Positions 51,586 through 60,805 of a stretch of 64,000 nucleotides of DNA are shown here, one piece after another. The stretch spans positions 1,233,762-1,297,761 of the forward strand of contig OZ244202.1 in NCBI GenBank assembly GCA_965216815.1, given 5' to 3'. Each line of letters starts with the position of its first letter. The first letter of the stretch is position 1. A program made the position numbers and the translations under genes. Source of the DNA: Acidimicrobiales bacterium. GTDB taxonomy: Bacteria; Actinomycetota; Acidimicrobiia; Acidimicrobiales; SHLQ01. The notes below the pieces were generated by a model that saw only the letters and a list, made by a program, of their open reading frames with translations, did not search any database and was not told the DNA's origin.

Positions 51586-52572
51586 ATGTCCTATCCCGAA
51601 CGTCGCATGCGGCGACTACGACGAACTCCAGCGCTGCGGCGGCTGGTCGCCGAGACGCGGCTCCACCCTTCGGACCTCATCGCGCCGATGTTCGTGCGCG
51701 AGGGCATCGACGAGCCGATCGACATTCCGTCGTTGCCCGGTGTCGTCCAGCATTCGATGGACTCGCTGCGGCGTGAGGCGAGGACGCTCACCGAGCTGGG
51801 CGTCGGTGCCATCGTCCTCTTCGGCATTCCCGAACACAAAGACGCCGAAGGGTCCGAGGCTTGGAACGCCTATGGCGTAGTGCAGGTCGCTCTGCGGCAT
51901 CTCACCGAGGATCTCGGCGACGATCAGGTCCTCATCGCCGACCTGTGTGTCGACGAGTACACCGACCACGGGCACTGTGGCATCGTCGACGAACACGGTG
52001 TCGTCGACAACGACTCGACGCTCGAGCTCTATTCGCGCGCGGCCGTCGCGCAAGCCGATGCGGGCGCCGACGTCATCGCTCCCTCGGGAATGATGGACGG
52101 GCAGGTCGCGTCGATTCGTGCCGCCCTCGACATCGCCGACCACTCCGACACTCCGATTCTCGCCTACGCGGCCAAGTACGCATCGGCGCTCTACGGCCCG
52201 TTCCGTGACGCCGTCGACGTCACCATCGCAGGCGGAGGTGACCGCAAGGCATACCAACAAGATCCCCCGAACCTGCGCGAGGCGATGGAGGAGATCCGCC
52301 TCGACATCGAGGAGGGCACCGACATGGTCATGGTCAAACCGGCGCTCAGCTACCTCGATGTCATCTCGGCCGCGCGCGACCGGGTCGACGTACCCCTCGC
52401 CGCATACCACGTGTCGGGTGAGTACTCGATGGTGAAGGCCGCCGCCGCCAACGGCTGGATCGACGGCGCCGCTGTGGCGATGGAGCAGACGTTGGCCATC
52501 AAACGTGCCGGCGCCGACATGATCCTCACCTATTTCGCCAGGGATCTGGCCACCGCTCTCGGGGCTCGATGA
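51586..52572 (+). CDS. hemB: porphobilinogen synthase (delta-aminolevulinate dehydratase)
   Basis: ATG at 51586 within ORF 51559..52572. Motifs 'RRMRRLRRTPALRRLV', 'APSGMMDGQV', 'YAAKYASALYGPFRDA', 'MVKPA'. Confidence 0.95.
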   Translation: MSYPERRMRRLRRTPALRRLVAETRLHPSDLIAPMFVREGIDEPIDIPSLPGVVQHSMDSLRREARTLTELGVGAIVLFGIPEHKDAEGSEAWNAYGVVQVALRHLTEDLGDDQVLIADLCVDEYTDHGHCGIVDEHGVVDNDSTLELYSRAAVAQADAGADVIAPSGMMDGQVASIRAALDIADHSDTPILAYAAKYASALYGPFRDAVDVTIAGGGDRKAYQQDPPNLREAMEEIRLDIEEGTDMVMVKPALSYLDVISAARDRVDVPLAAYHVSGEYSMVKAAAANGWIDGAAVAMEQTLAIKRAGADMILTYFARDLATALGAR

Positions 52573-53834
52573 CAAGCGAGTTGTTCGCTCGTGCCCAGCG
52601 TGTGATTCCGGGTGGGGTCAACTCGCCGGTGCGCGCGTTCGGTTCGGTTGGCGGAGAGCCGTTCTTCGTCGAGCGGGCCAGTGGTCCCAACGTCTGGACG
52701 ACCGACGGCAGGAGGCTCATCGACTACGTGATGAGCTACGGGCCCGGGATCCTGGGCCACGCCCATCCCGAGGTCGTAGAGGCGGTTGCCCGGGCAGCCA
52801 AGGATGGGCTCTCCTACGGCGCGCCGACGCTGCGGGAGGTCGAAATGGCCGAGCTGCTGTGCGAGCGCGTGCCAGGTCTCGACCAGGTGCGGCTCGTGTC
52901 GAGTGGCACCGAGGCAGCCATGTCCGCGATTCGCCTTGCCCGCGGCCACACCGGCCGGGAGGTGCTGGTGAAGTTCGCAGGCAACTATCACGGCCACAGC
53001 GACGCGCTTCTCGCGGCCGGAGGAAGCGGCGTAGCCAACCAGGGCCTCAGCGGCTGTGACGGTGTCACATCAGGGGCCGTCGCCGACACGATCGTCGCCC
53101 CTTACAACGAGGTGCCCATCCTCGATGACGGTGTTGCCGCAGTGATCGTCGAGCCGGTGGCAGCCAACATGGGCGTGGTCGCTCCGGCGCCCGGGTTCCT
53201 CGAAGGTCTGCGGGCCGAGTGCGACCGCGTCGGCGCCCTGCTCCTGTTCGACGAGGTGATCACCGGCTTCCGATTGGGGCCGGGTGGAGCAGCCGAGATG
53301 TTCGGGGTCACACCCGATCTCTGGTGTTTCGGCAAGGTCATCGGCGGCGGGCTCCCCGTCGGTGCCTTCGGCGGCCGCTCCGACGTCATGGCGTCGCTCG
53401 CCCCGCTCGGCGGCGTCTATCAGGCAGGCACTCTGTCGGGCAATCCCCTCGCAACCGCAGCTGGGTTGGCAACGTTGGGTCGGCTCGACGATGCGGCCTA
53501 TGCGCAGCTCACGACGACCGCGACTCGCCTCGCGGATGGCATGGCGAGCGCTTTGGCCAATGCCGGTGTCGAGGCGGTAGTGCCGCGCGTCGGTTCGTTA
53601 GTTGGTGTCTTCTTCAGCTCCGCTGCTCCGTCGGAGTTCGACGCTGCATCGGCCGCGGCCGACAACGGGATCTATCCGCGGTTCTTCCACGGCATGCTCG
53701 AGCGAGGAGTTGCTCTGGCGCCGGGCCCGTACGAGGCGCTGTTCGTGAGCCTCGCCCACGACGACGAAGTCATCGACGAGACCGTCGATGTGGTCGCAGG
53801 CGTCGCGGCCGATATGGCGGAGGGGAAGCGATGA
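52569..53834 (+). CDS. hemL: glutamate-1-semialdehyde 2,1-aminomutase
   Basis: ORF 52569..53834. ATGA overlap with hemB. Motifs 'IPGGVNSPVRAF', 'FDEVITGFR', 'GKVIGGGLPVGAFGG'. Confidence 0.95.
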   Translation: MTSELFARAQRVIPGGVNSPVRAFGSVGGEPFFVERASGPNVWTTDGRRLIDYVMSYGPGILGHAHPEVVEAVARAAKDGLSYGAPTLREVEMAELLCERVPGLDQVRLVSSGTEAAMSAIRLARGHTGREVLVKFAGNYHGHSDALLAAGGSGVANQGLSGCDGVTSGAVADTIVAPYNEVPILDDGVAAVIVEPVAANMGVVAPAPGFLEGLRAECDRVGALLLFDEVITGFRLGPGGAAEMFGVTPDLWCFGKVIGGGLPVGAFGGRSDVMASLAPLGGVYQAGTLSGNPLATAAGLATLGRLDDAAYAQLTTTATRLADGMASALANAGVEAVVPRVGSLVGVFFSSAAPSEFDAASAAADNGIYPRFFHGMLERGVALAPGPYEALFVSLAHDDEVIDETVDVVAGVAADMAEGKR

Positions 53835-55336
53835 GCTCTGTGAGCCGAGAGGGCTCCTGGCCCGACGATCTGGCCTACGAGGCCGACACGCTGGCTGCGA
53901 CATTCGTCGCCGATCACGCCGTCGACCGCATCTGGCAGCGCGATCACACGCTGTGGCAGCCCGACCCGACCGAGATCACCGATCGGCTCGGCTGGCTCGA
54001 TGTGATCGACGACATCGATGTCGACGAGCTCACATCGTTCGCGCAGGGTTGTCGCGAAGATGACATCGTCGATGCCGTTGTCCTCGGCATGGGCGGGTCG
54101 AGCCTCTACCCCGAGGTGCTTGCCCAAACCTACGGCCCGGGAGCCGATGGCGTCACGCTCCGGACGCTCGACACGACCGACCCGGCAGCCATCGCGCGGG
54201 TGCTCACCGAATGCGACGCCGAGACCACCTTGTTCATCGTCGCCTCGAAGTCCGGGACGACCATCGAAACGCGTAGCCAGTGCGAGTACTTCTGGTCACA
54301 GGTCCCCCGCGGCGATCGCTTCGTCGCCATCACCGACCCCGGCTCCGAATTGGGCGCGCTCGCGGCCGAGAGAGGCTTCCGTGCGACCTTCGAGAACCGC
54401 TCCGACATCGGCGGCAGGTTCTCGGCACTGTCTCTGTTCGGTCTGGTTCCCGCAGCTCTGCTCGGTGTCGATGTGTCTGCGATGATCGACTCGGCTCGCG
54501 AGGCGTCTGAAGCGTGTCGAAGCGATGGCGTCGACAACCCAGCCGTAGCCCTGGCAGCCGGCGTCGTTGCTGCCAATCGGGCAGGGCGCGACAAGCTCTG
54601 CCTCATAGACGACCCGGCGATGCCTGCATTCGGTCTTTGGTTCGAACAGCTCATCGCCGAGTCGACGGGCAAACACGGCGTCGGGGTGTTGCCGGTCGTC
54701 GGCGACCCAGCGATGACCGGCGACGATCGTCTGTTCACAAGGTGGGACGGTATCCCGCCCTCAGCGGACGGACCGACCCTCTCGATCGACCGGTGGGGAG
54801 CGGACGATCTCGGCGCGCTCGTGTTCGTCTGGGAGATGACGACCGCCCTCATCGGCGTCGGGCTCGGGCTGAACCCGTTCGACCAGCCCGACGTCGCATC
54901 GGCCAAGGCAGCGACAAATGCTGTTCTCGCCGATGGCCTCGGCGATGTCTCGACGGTGCCGCTCACCTCGCTCACCGACCAGATCCGGCCCGGCGATTAC
55001 GTTGCGATCACGGCCTATGTAGACCCTGGATCGCCGGTTGTCGCAAAGCTCGAGGCTGCTCGACTCGCCATCGGTGAGCGCTTCGGCGTGGCGACGACCT
55101 TCGGGCTCGGCCCGAGGTTTCTCCATTCGACCGGACAGCTTCACAAGGGCGGCCGGTCCAATGGGGTCATAGTGCAGGTGGTCGGAGATGACGACCTCGT
55201 CATCGACATTCCGGGACGGGACTTCGACTTCGCCACGCTCAAACAGGCACAGGCGGAAGGTGACCTGCGCGCTCTTCGCGACCGCGGCATCCGAGCCGGC
55301 CGCGTCGCACTCGAGGAGCTACTCGACCTCTACTGA
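53831..55336 (+). CDS. pgi: glucose-6-phosphate isomerase
   Basis: ATG at 53831 overlaps the hemL stop (ATGA); in frame with ORF 53219..55336, whose upstream part is Arg-rich overlap with hemL. Motifs 'VVLGMGGSSL', 'LFIVASKSGTTIET', 'GGRFSALS'. Confidence 0.85.
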   Translation: MSSVSREGSWPDDLAYEADTLAATFVADHAVDRIWQRDHTLWQPDPTEITDRLGWLDVIDDIDVDELTSFAQGCREDDIVDAVVLGMGGSSLYPEVLAQTYGPGADGVTLRTLDTTDPAAIARVLTECDAETTLFIVASKSGTTIETRSQCEYFWSQVPRGDRFVAITDPGSELGALAAERGFRATFENRSDIGGRFSALSLFGLVPAALLGVDVSAMIDSAREASEACRSDGVDNPAVALAAGVVAANRAGRDKLCLIDDPAMPAFGLWFEQLIAESTGKHGVGVLPVVGDPAMTGDDRLFTRWDGIPPSADGPTLSIDRWGADDLGALVFVWEMTTALIGVGLGLNPFDQPDVASAKAATNAVLADGLGDVSTVPLTSLTDQIRPGDYVAITAYVDPGSPVVAKLEAARLAIGERFGVATTFGLGPRFLHSTGQLHKGGRSNGVIVQVVGDDDLVIDIPGRDFDFATLKQAQAEGDLRALRDRGIRAGRVALEELLDLY

Positions 55337-55343
55337 CGCCCAC

Positions 55344-56210
55344 TCAGCTCAGCGCGCCGTGGGCGGTCAGCTCATCGCGCAGCGCGAGTAGCTCCGGGCG
55401 CTGGTCCATGAAGCTGAACTTGTCGGCGAGCACGGTGCGCGGTTCTGCCGGGCTGCCTACGAGCCACGCCATGAACGTCTCCGCGAAATCCTCGTGAGAC
55501 GAGCTTGCCGCGTAGTGGGTGGTGTGGGTGTCGGCCTGGAACGGTGCCGGTTCAGACCAGAACCGCTGCGACCATTCGGTGAGAATCGATCCCGGCCTCC
55601 CGCACCCGAGCTCCATGGCAATCCAATCGTCGGCGCACTCGCCTCGACTGAACTCGAAATCGCTGCTGGCGAAGCTCACGAGGTGACCCACCTCGTGCAG
55701 AAGCGTGTGTTCCAAGAGATCGGGGGTCGCGAGGTCGGCCCGATCGACGCTGAGGATCCAGGTATCGGGCGCGCGAGACGAACGGTGCACGATGGCGACG
55801 ATGCTCCCCGGCTGCTCCTCGATCACCGAGAGCTGCACGAACCTGTCGCTCCAACCCGCAGGCACGACCCTAGTGATGCGCTCCCACAGAGCTTCATGGG
55901 CCGGATCGATGCCGTGGTCGGTGGGTTCCAGATGGCCGTCACCCACGACGTAGGCAGCGAGGACGTCGACCGGACGGTCGTAGGCGACCGGTTCGGCGTC
56001 GTCGGCGAACGGAGCATTGGCTGCTATCTGAGCAGCGGTGCCGATCTCGACTGGTTCGGTCGAAGGGCTCGTCGCCTGGACGACCCCGACCGTGAACGAA
56101 AGCGAAGCCCCGATGCAGGTGACCGCTCCGACGGTCCACAACAGGAGCCGTCGCGATGTTGAAACCGGGGCAAGTGCAATCGGGGCGATACCAGAAACGG
56201 TACGGCTCAC
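55344..56210 (-). CDS. secreted putative zinc metalloprotease (HExxH)
   Basis: ORF 55344..56210. N-terminal hydrophobic signal/anchor, 'TLLHEVGHLV' and a downstream 'HEDFAETF'. Confidence 0.6.
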   Translation of the reverse strand: MSRTVSGIAPIALAPVSTSRRLLLWTVGAVTCIGASLSFTVGVVQATSPSTEPVEIGTAAQIAANAPFADDAEPVAYDRPVDVLAAYVVGDGHLEPTDHGIDPAHEALWERITRVVPAGWSDRFVQLSVIEEQPGSIVAIVHRSSRAPDTWILSVDRADLATPDLLEHTLLHEVGHLVSFASSDFEFSRGECADDWIAMELGCGRPGSILTEWSQRFWSEPAPFQADTHTTHYAASSSHEDFAETFMAWLVGSPAEPRTVLADKFSFMDQRPELLALRDELTAHGALS

Positions 56211-56290
56211 CTCCCGTCGGGGTCATGGGCCGCGTCGACCATTCGGCGGGGCCACATTGCTCACGCTTCAACCCGGCTACTCTCGCCGTC

Positions 56291-57100
56291 ATGGCGGATT
56301 CCAATGTCGCCGGACGCATTGCGGCCATCGAACGTGATGGCTACGTCGTGGTCGAGGACGCGTTCGACGACGACCTCGCAGCCGGGCTTCGCGAGGCGAT
56401 CGATCGGCTCGAGCGGGATCTGTCGATCCAGCCTGCGAACAACCGGTTCGAGGGCACAGCGACGTGGCGGATCTACAACCTGTTGGCGCTCGATCCGTTG
56501 TTTCGCCGCGTGCCGGTACATGCCGACGTGCTCCCGGTCGTCGAAGGCGTGCTCGACCGGGAGTGCCTGATCAGCTCCGTGTCGTCGATCGTCATCGGGC
56601 CCGGCGAGTCGGCTCAGCCGATACACGCCGACGACCAGGTGATGCCCTGGCCGAAGCCCCCGGCGTCGGCGATCGTCTGCAACAGCATGTGGGCGCTCAC
56701 CGATTTCACCGAGGAGAACGGGGCGACCCGTATCGTGCCGGGCTCGCATCGTGCCGACGCATCGCCGACCTACGGCCAACACTACGAATCGATCCCGGCC
56801 GAGATGAGTGCGGGCAGCGTCCTCATCTGGCACGGGTCGCTGTGGCACGGCGGAGGAGCCAACGAGACCGATCGTCGACGCTACGGCATCGCCATGAACT
56901 ACTGCGCTGGGTGGATCAGACAGCAGGAGAACCAACAGCTCGGTATCCCGCTCGAACTCATCGCCGAGTTCGAGCCTCGTCTTCGTGAGCTCTGTGGATT
57001 CGGTACCTACCGCGGACTCATAGGACACATCGACCGCGACACGGCCTCGCGCCGCCTGTTCGGAACCGCTGAGCGCCCGATGCTCTGGGACGAGACCTAG
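56291..57100 (+). CDS. phytanoyl-CoA dioxygenase (PhyH) family Fe(II)/2-oxoglutarate oxygenase
   Basis: ATG at 56291 within ORF 56156..57100. Motifs 'QPIHADD', 'ENGATRIVPGSH', 'LWHGGGAN'. Confidence 0.8.
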   Translation: MADSNVAGRIAAIERDGYVVVEDAFDDDLAAGLREAIDRLERDLSIQPANNRFEGTATWRIYNLLALDPLFRRVPVHADVLPVVEGVLDRECLISSVSSIVIGPGESAQPIHADDQVMPWPKPPASAIVCNSMWALTDFTEENGATRIVPGSHRADASPTYGQHYESIPAEMSAGSVLIWHGSLWHGGGANETDRRRYGIAMNYCAGWIRQQENQQLGIPLELIAEFEPRLRELCGFGTYRGLIGHIDRDTASRRLFGTAERPMLWDET

Positions 57101-57104
57101 CACA

Positions 57105-57139
57105 GAGTAGGACAGGGGGTCTGTCCCCGCGTCCTACTC
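57105..57139. terminator. imperfect copy of the 45392-type palindromic hairpin between convergent genes
   Basis: 'GAGTAGGACAGGGGG tctgt CCCCGCGTCCTACTC' has two central mismatches. It lies between the PhyH stop (57100) and the geranylgeranyl reductase stop (57161). Confidence 0.5.
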
Positions 57140-57160
57140 AGGTTCGTGCGTCTGGCTGCG

Positions 57161-58408
57161 TCAAGCCAGCGGTTCGGGGACAAGGCCCACGATGCGTTCG
57201 ATCGCCTTGTAGGCGAGCTCGGCGGAGTGGACTTCGTCGTCACGCAACAGGTTCGCCATGATCCGCAGCGCCCACTCCATCAGCGATCGCGATCGCATTC
57301 CGACCCTGGTCAGCTGACGCAACAGTGCTGGTCGGCCGATCACCTTGGCGAACAGGCGCGCCGTCTTGAAGTAGAGGCGGAACCGCTCGTCGAGGATCTC
57401 GTCGTACCGGCGCAGGACCAGGGCGCTGCCGGTGGCGGTCGCTTGCTCGACGAGGGAGGCTGCTAGTCGGCCGGTCTCGTACGCATAGTCGATTCCCTCG
57501 CCGTTGAAAGGGTTGATCGAACCGGCTGCGTCGCCGACCAGCAACCAGTTGGGCCCCACCTTCGGCCCGACCGATCCCGCCATCGGGAGTCGACCGCCGG
57601 TCGGGGGTTGGGTCGGGGAGTCGGGGTCGATCTGCCAGTAGTCGGGCATCGTGCGTGCGAACTCGTTCATCAGGTGCGACGTGTTGACGCTGCGGTAGTC
57701 GCGGAACGTCGACAACAGACCGATGCCGACATTGATCGTTCCGTCGCCGACTGGAAAGATCCAGCCGTACCCCGGCATCGAGTTGCCGTTGCGGTCGCGG
57801 ATGTCGAGCGCGCTCTCGATCCACGGGTCGTCGTGCAGCGGGCTCTCGAAGTACGTGCGGATCGCCATTCCCTGCGGGTAGCTGCGGTTGCGGCTCGAGC
57901 CGAGCGCGCGCCCGAACCGCGAGTTCGCGCCGTCGGCAACGACGACGTAGCGGGCGCGGATCTCTCGTTCGTCCCCGGTCTGGGTGTCGCGCACGATCGC
58001 GCCGACGAGGTGACCGTCGTTCAAGAGCGGCTCGGTGGCCTCGGTGCCGGTGTGGAGGGTCGCCCCGGCGCGGGCCGCGTTCTCGGCGACGAGAGGGTCG
58101 AGGTCGTGGCGTCGTACGACGTAGCCGTGACCGGGGTAGACGGGGTGGTCGGGCCATTTCATCTCGAGCGCCCGCCCGTGAGCGACCGCGCGTAGGCCGT
58201 CGTAGCGGTGGTAGGCGGTCAGGTCTATGCCCATCTCGTCGAGCTGGTGAACCGCCCGTGGGGTCAGGCCGTCGCCGCAGGTTTTGTCGCGAGGAAACGT
58301 CTTGCGCTCGACGACGACGACGTCGAGTCCGGCCTTTGCGGCCCAGTAGCCGGTGGCTGCGCCGCCGGGACCGCCGCCGACCACCAGCAGGTCGTGACGA
58401 TCGCTCAT
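57161..58408 (-). CDS. geranylgeranyl reductase family flavoprotein (menaquinone/isoprenoid side-chain reductase type)
   Basis: ORF 57161..58408. Motifs 'DLLVVGGGPGGAATGYWAAKAGLDVVVVER', 'CGDGLTP', 'LLVGDAAGSINPFNGEGI'. Confidence 0.85.
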   Translation of the reverse strand: MSDRHDLLVVGGGPGGAATGYWAAKAGLDVVVVERKTFPRDKTCGDGLTPRAVHQLDEMGIDLTAYHRYDGLRAVAHGRALEMKWPDHPVYPGHGYVVRRHDLDPLVAENAARAGATLHTGTEATEPLLNDGHLVGAIVRDTQTGDEREIRARYVVVADGANSRFGRALGSSRNRSYPQGMAIRTYFESPLHDDPWIESALDIRDRNGNSMPGYGWIFPVGDGTINVGIGLLSTFRDYRSVNTSHLMNEFARTMPDYWQIDPDSPTQPPTGGRLPMAGSVGPKVGPNWLLVGDAAGSINPFNGEGIDYAYETGRLAASLVEQATATGSALVLRRYDEILDERFRLYFKTARLFAKVIGRPALLRQLTRVGMRSRSLMEWALRIMANLLRDDEVHSAELAYKAIERIVGLVPEPLA

Positions 58409-58438
58409 CGGTCCACCTCATCGTGAGTTGGGATGTGG

Positions 58439-59248
58439 CTACTCGCCGAGTGCGATCTCGCCGACACCCGCTTCGCCTGCAGCCTCGACGATCGGTGCGA
58501 GCGCTTCGTCGATCTCCTCGATCGACATGCCGTCGAAGGACTCGGGCAGTTCGAGCTCGCCGGTCTCGATCATCTCGTCGACCACCTCGGCGAGGGCGGG
58601 GTCGGCGGCACCTTGCTCGATGCGTTCGTATACCACGACAGCGAGAAGCTCTTCTCCGGAGATCGAGGCCCCGAAGGCGGGCATGATTCCGCCGCCACCG
58701 ATCGTTCGCGCTCCGCCGGGACGGTCGGGATCGCCGTACACGTCGCCGGCGGGGCCGTAGCCGTCGGTGCCGAGCGCAACCCACTCGAAGTGCTCGGTGA
58801 ACGACGGGAAGGTCAACAGCACCTCGCCTCCGGCGAGCGCCGGACCGGAACCGCCGCCGCCGGTCGCGCCGTGACAGCCTGCGCATTGCTCGGCGTAGAT
58901 CGTTTCACCTTCGCCGAGGAGGCCTTCGGCTTCCTCGGGTGGGTTCTCGAGCGTGCCGACGTAGAGGAACGCCCAGATGGGGAGGAACAGAACGACCGGT
59001 GCAGCCCACACAGGCATGCGCCGGCGCTTCTCGGCGTCCTCGACGTAGGGAGCGACCGGTTCGGGCTCGGGCGGTGCTTCGGGAACGGCGGGTGCCGCTG
59101 GAGCGGCGGCCGCGGCGGGTTCGGCCGCTTCGCTGGTCTCGGTCGTCGCGGGTGTCGACTCGGCGGCAGGCGCGTCGCCCGTTGAGAGTCCCAGCGCGGC
59201 GCGTCGCTCGCGACTGCGTTCCAGTAGGTACTCGGGGATCTCGGTCAA
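58439..59248 (-). CDS. membrane-anchored mono-heme class I cytochrome c with acidic C-terminal domain
   Basis: ORF 58439..59248. N-terminal 'MTEIPEYLLERSRERRAAL', Pro/Ala-rich linker, one TM segment, 'CAGCHG' and distal 'IMPAFG'. Confidence 0.8.
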   Translation of the reverse strand: MTEIPEYLLERSRERRAALGLSTGDAPAAESTPATTETSEAAEPAAAAAPAAPAVPEAPPEPEPVAPYVEDAEKRRRMPVWAAPVVLFLPIWAFLYVGTLENPPEEAEGLLGEGETIYAEQCAGCHGATGGGGSGPALAGGEVLLTFPSFTEHFEWVALGTDGYGPAGDVYGDPDRPGGARTIGGGGIMPAFGASISGEELLAVVVYERIEQGAADPALAEVVDEMIETGELELPESFDGMSIEEIDEALAPIVEAAGEAGVGEIALGE

Positions 59249-59437
59249 CGTGCCTCCACGGCAAGTGCATCAACGGCGAGTGAAATGAGCCGAGCGAACA
59301 TTATGCCCACGTTAGCCACGCTGACCACACGGACCCCGCCTACATTCATCAGGTCCGACTCGGCGTTGTGGCGACGCCGCGTCTCACCTATTCGAGCGAC
59401 AGTCGTCGGGGCCCTGGCGTCGAGCCGCATGCGCCCG

Positions 59438-59516
59438 GCAGACCTCCGGTCTGCTTGGAGTTCCCGCTAGCGGGAACTCCGGCAGCGAAGCACGAGTTTC
59501 GGCTCGCCGAAACTCG
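59438..59516. other. three consecutive near-perfect hairpins in a 640-bp intergenic region
   Basis: H1 59438-59454 'GCAGACC tcc GGTCTGC'. H2 59457-59480 'GGAGTTCCCG ctag CGGGAACTCC' (a 24-nt perfect palindrome). H3 59493-59516 'CGAGTTTCGG ctcg CCGAAACTCG'. Confidence 0.4.
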
Positions 59517-59663
59517 AAGGAACGCCAAGGCGTGCCCGAGGACGAACGGGCTCGACGCTGGGGTGGCGACGGGAGCGGGGCAGGCGGCCCCGATGTGCAC
59601 GCGAGAAAATTCGCATGGTAGACAACGCCCGGTTCGGCCCGTTCAGCGCCACGGTCGATACAC

Positions 59664-59682
59664 TTGTGCACGGATTCACGAA
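59664..59682 (+). promoter_or_regulatory. Rex-operator-like inverted repeat upstream of the Rieske/cytochrome b6 operon
   Basis: 'TTGTGCA CGGA TTCACGA' matches TTGTGAA-N4-TTCACAA at 6/7 + 6/7 positions. It lies ~200 bp upstream of the TTG start at 59886. The core 'GTGCACG' is shared with the rex site. Confidence 0.45.
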
Positions 59683-59885
59683 GTCGGTGCACGAGGTCGT
59701 GGTGTCCCGTACGGGTCGGTTCGGACGGCTCGAGCGACGACGCGTCGACCGGTCGCCGGTTGAACGATAGATTTCAAACAAGTTGCTGCACGATGCGTCG
59801 TGTCGCCGGGTTCGGGGCCTAACATGCCGACCGGTCGGCAGGGCCGTCACAGGTTGTTCGAGCAGGGTCAAGAAGGAGGGTTGCG

Positions 59886-60341
59886 TTGGTCGCATTCATC
59901 GTTTCGATCGTCGCAACACTGGCGTTGGTCGGCGGCATCATGTGGTACATGAAGCGACGTCCGGTCGGCGCGCCGCTCACCTGGGGCGAAGCGATGCTCG
60001 GCGCCACCTACGTCTTCCTCCTGTTGTTCCTTCTCTATGGCGTCGTCCCTCACCAGTGGCTGACGTGGGCCGACAACGAGCTGGGGTGGCGTCCCGACAA
60101 GCTCCTCATCGGTCCCGAGATGGCCTGGACCGGCGGTCAGGGCCTCCTCGAATGGGCGCTGCCGTTCACGCTCCACTACCAGGTGATTCGCGACATCATC
60201 GCGGTGGTCATCTATGTCATCGGACTCGGAGGCACGATGGCGGTGTGGGTCATGTGGCAGAACCGAGACGCCGACCAGGTCGAAGAAGAACCGACTTCCG
60301 AGTTCGGTCGACCGCTGGTCAAAGAAGGCGCAACGGTATGA
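59886..60341 (+). CDS. 3-TM hypothetical membrane protein, first gene of the Rieske/b6 operon
   Basis: ORF 59886..60341. The TTG start is preceded by 'AAGGAGGG'. No family recognised. Its stop overlaps the ferredoxin start (ATGA). Confidence 0.6.
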   Translation: MVAFIVSIVATLALVGGIMWYMKRRPVGAPLTWGEAMLGATYVFLLLFLLYGVVPHQWLTWADNELGWRPDKLLIGPEMAWTGGQGLLEWALPFTLHYQVIRDIIAVVIYVIGLGGTMAVWVMWQNRDADQVEEEPTSEFGRPLVKEGATV

Positions 60342-60754
60342 CCACCACCGACGCCAACCCTCCTCTGCCCGAGTTCCGCGACGACTACGTCCTCCAGGAG
60401 GTCGGCGCCGATTGGCTCCAGGCGCAGGTCAAGCCCAAGCAGTTCATTCACATCGACCAGTCCGAGTGCATCATGTGCGAGGGCTGCGTCGACATCTGTC
60501 CGTGGAAGTGCATCCACATGGTCGAGCCCGAGGCGGTCGACGAGGCCGTCGGCACCGAGCTCCCGGGCCGCGATCCGAGCGATCACGTCATCTTCACCAT
60601 CGACGACGATGTCTGCACCCGCTGCGCTCTGTGCGTCGACCGCTGCCCGACCGGAGTGATCATCCTCGGCAAGCTCGCCGAGCCACCCGCCGACGGCGAC
60701 CCGCACATGCGTACCAACTCACACGGCTACGGATACGGGATGCGACTGGCATGA
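60338..60754 (+). CDS. 2x[4Fe-4S] ferredoxin-type protein
   Basis: ATG at 60338 in frame with ORF 59783..60754. Two complete motifs, 'CIMCEGCVDICP' and 'CTRCALCVDRCP'. Confidence 0.8.
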   Translation: MTTTDANPPLPEFRDDYVLQEVGADWLQAQVKPKQFIHIDQSECIMCEGCVDICPWKCIHMVEPEAVDEAVGTELPGRDPSDHVIFTIDDDVCTRCALCVDRCPTGVIILGKLAEPPADGDPHMRTNSHGYGYGMRLA

Positions 60755-60805
60755 CCGTGCACACGAGCGATCGATTCGACCGGGGTAACGAGGGAGCGTC
60801 CCAAC

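Noticed and set aside
53219-53830. The 204-codon N-terminal extension of the pgi ORF (ORF 53219..55336).
   Set aside because: It lies entirely inside hemL in another frame and is Arg-rich. An ATG at 53831 overlaps the hemL stop (ATGA) and begins the PGI-like sequence.
57240-58886. 548-aa minus-strand ORF spanning the geranylgeranyl reductase and cytochrome c genes.
   Set aside because: The composition is extremely Arg/Pro-rich ('RRRRFRSGARRRRG...'). It is an alternative frame of two genes with strong motif support. No stop occurs by chance because of GC content.
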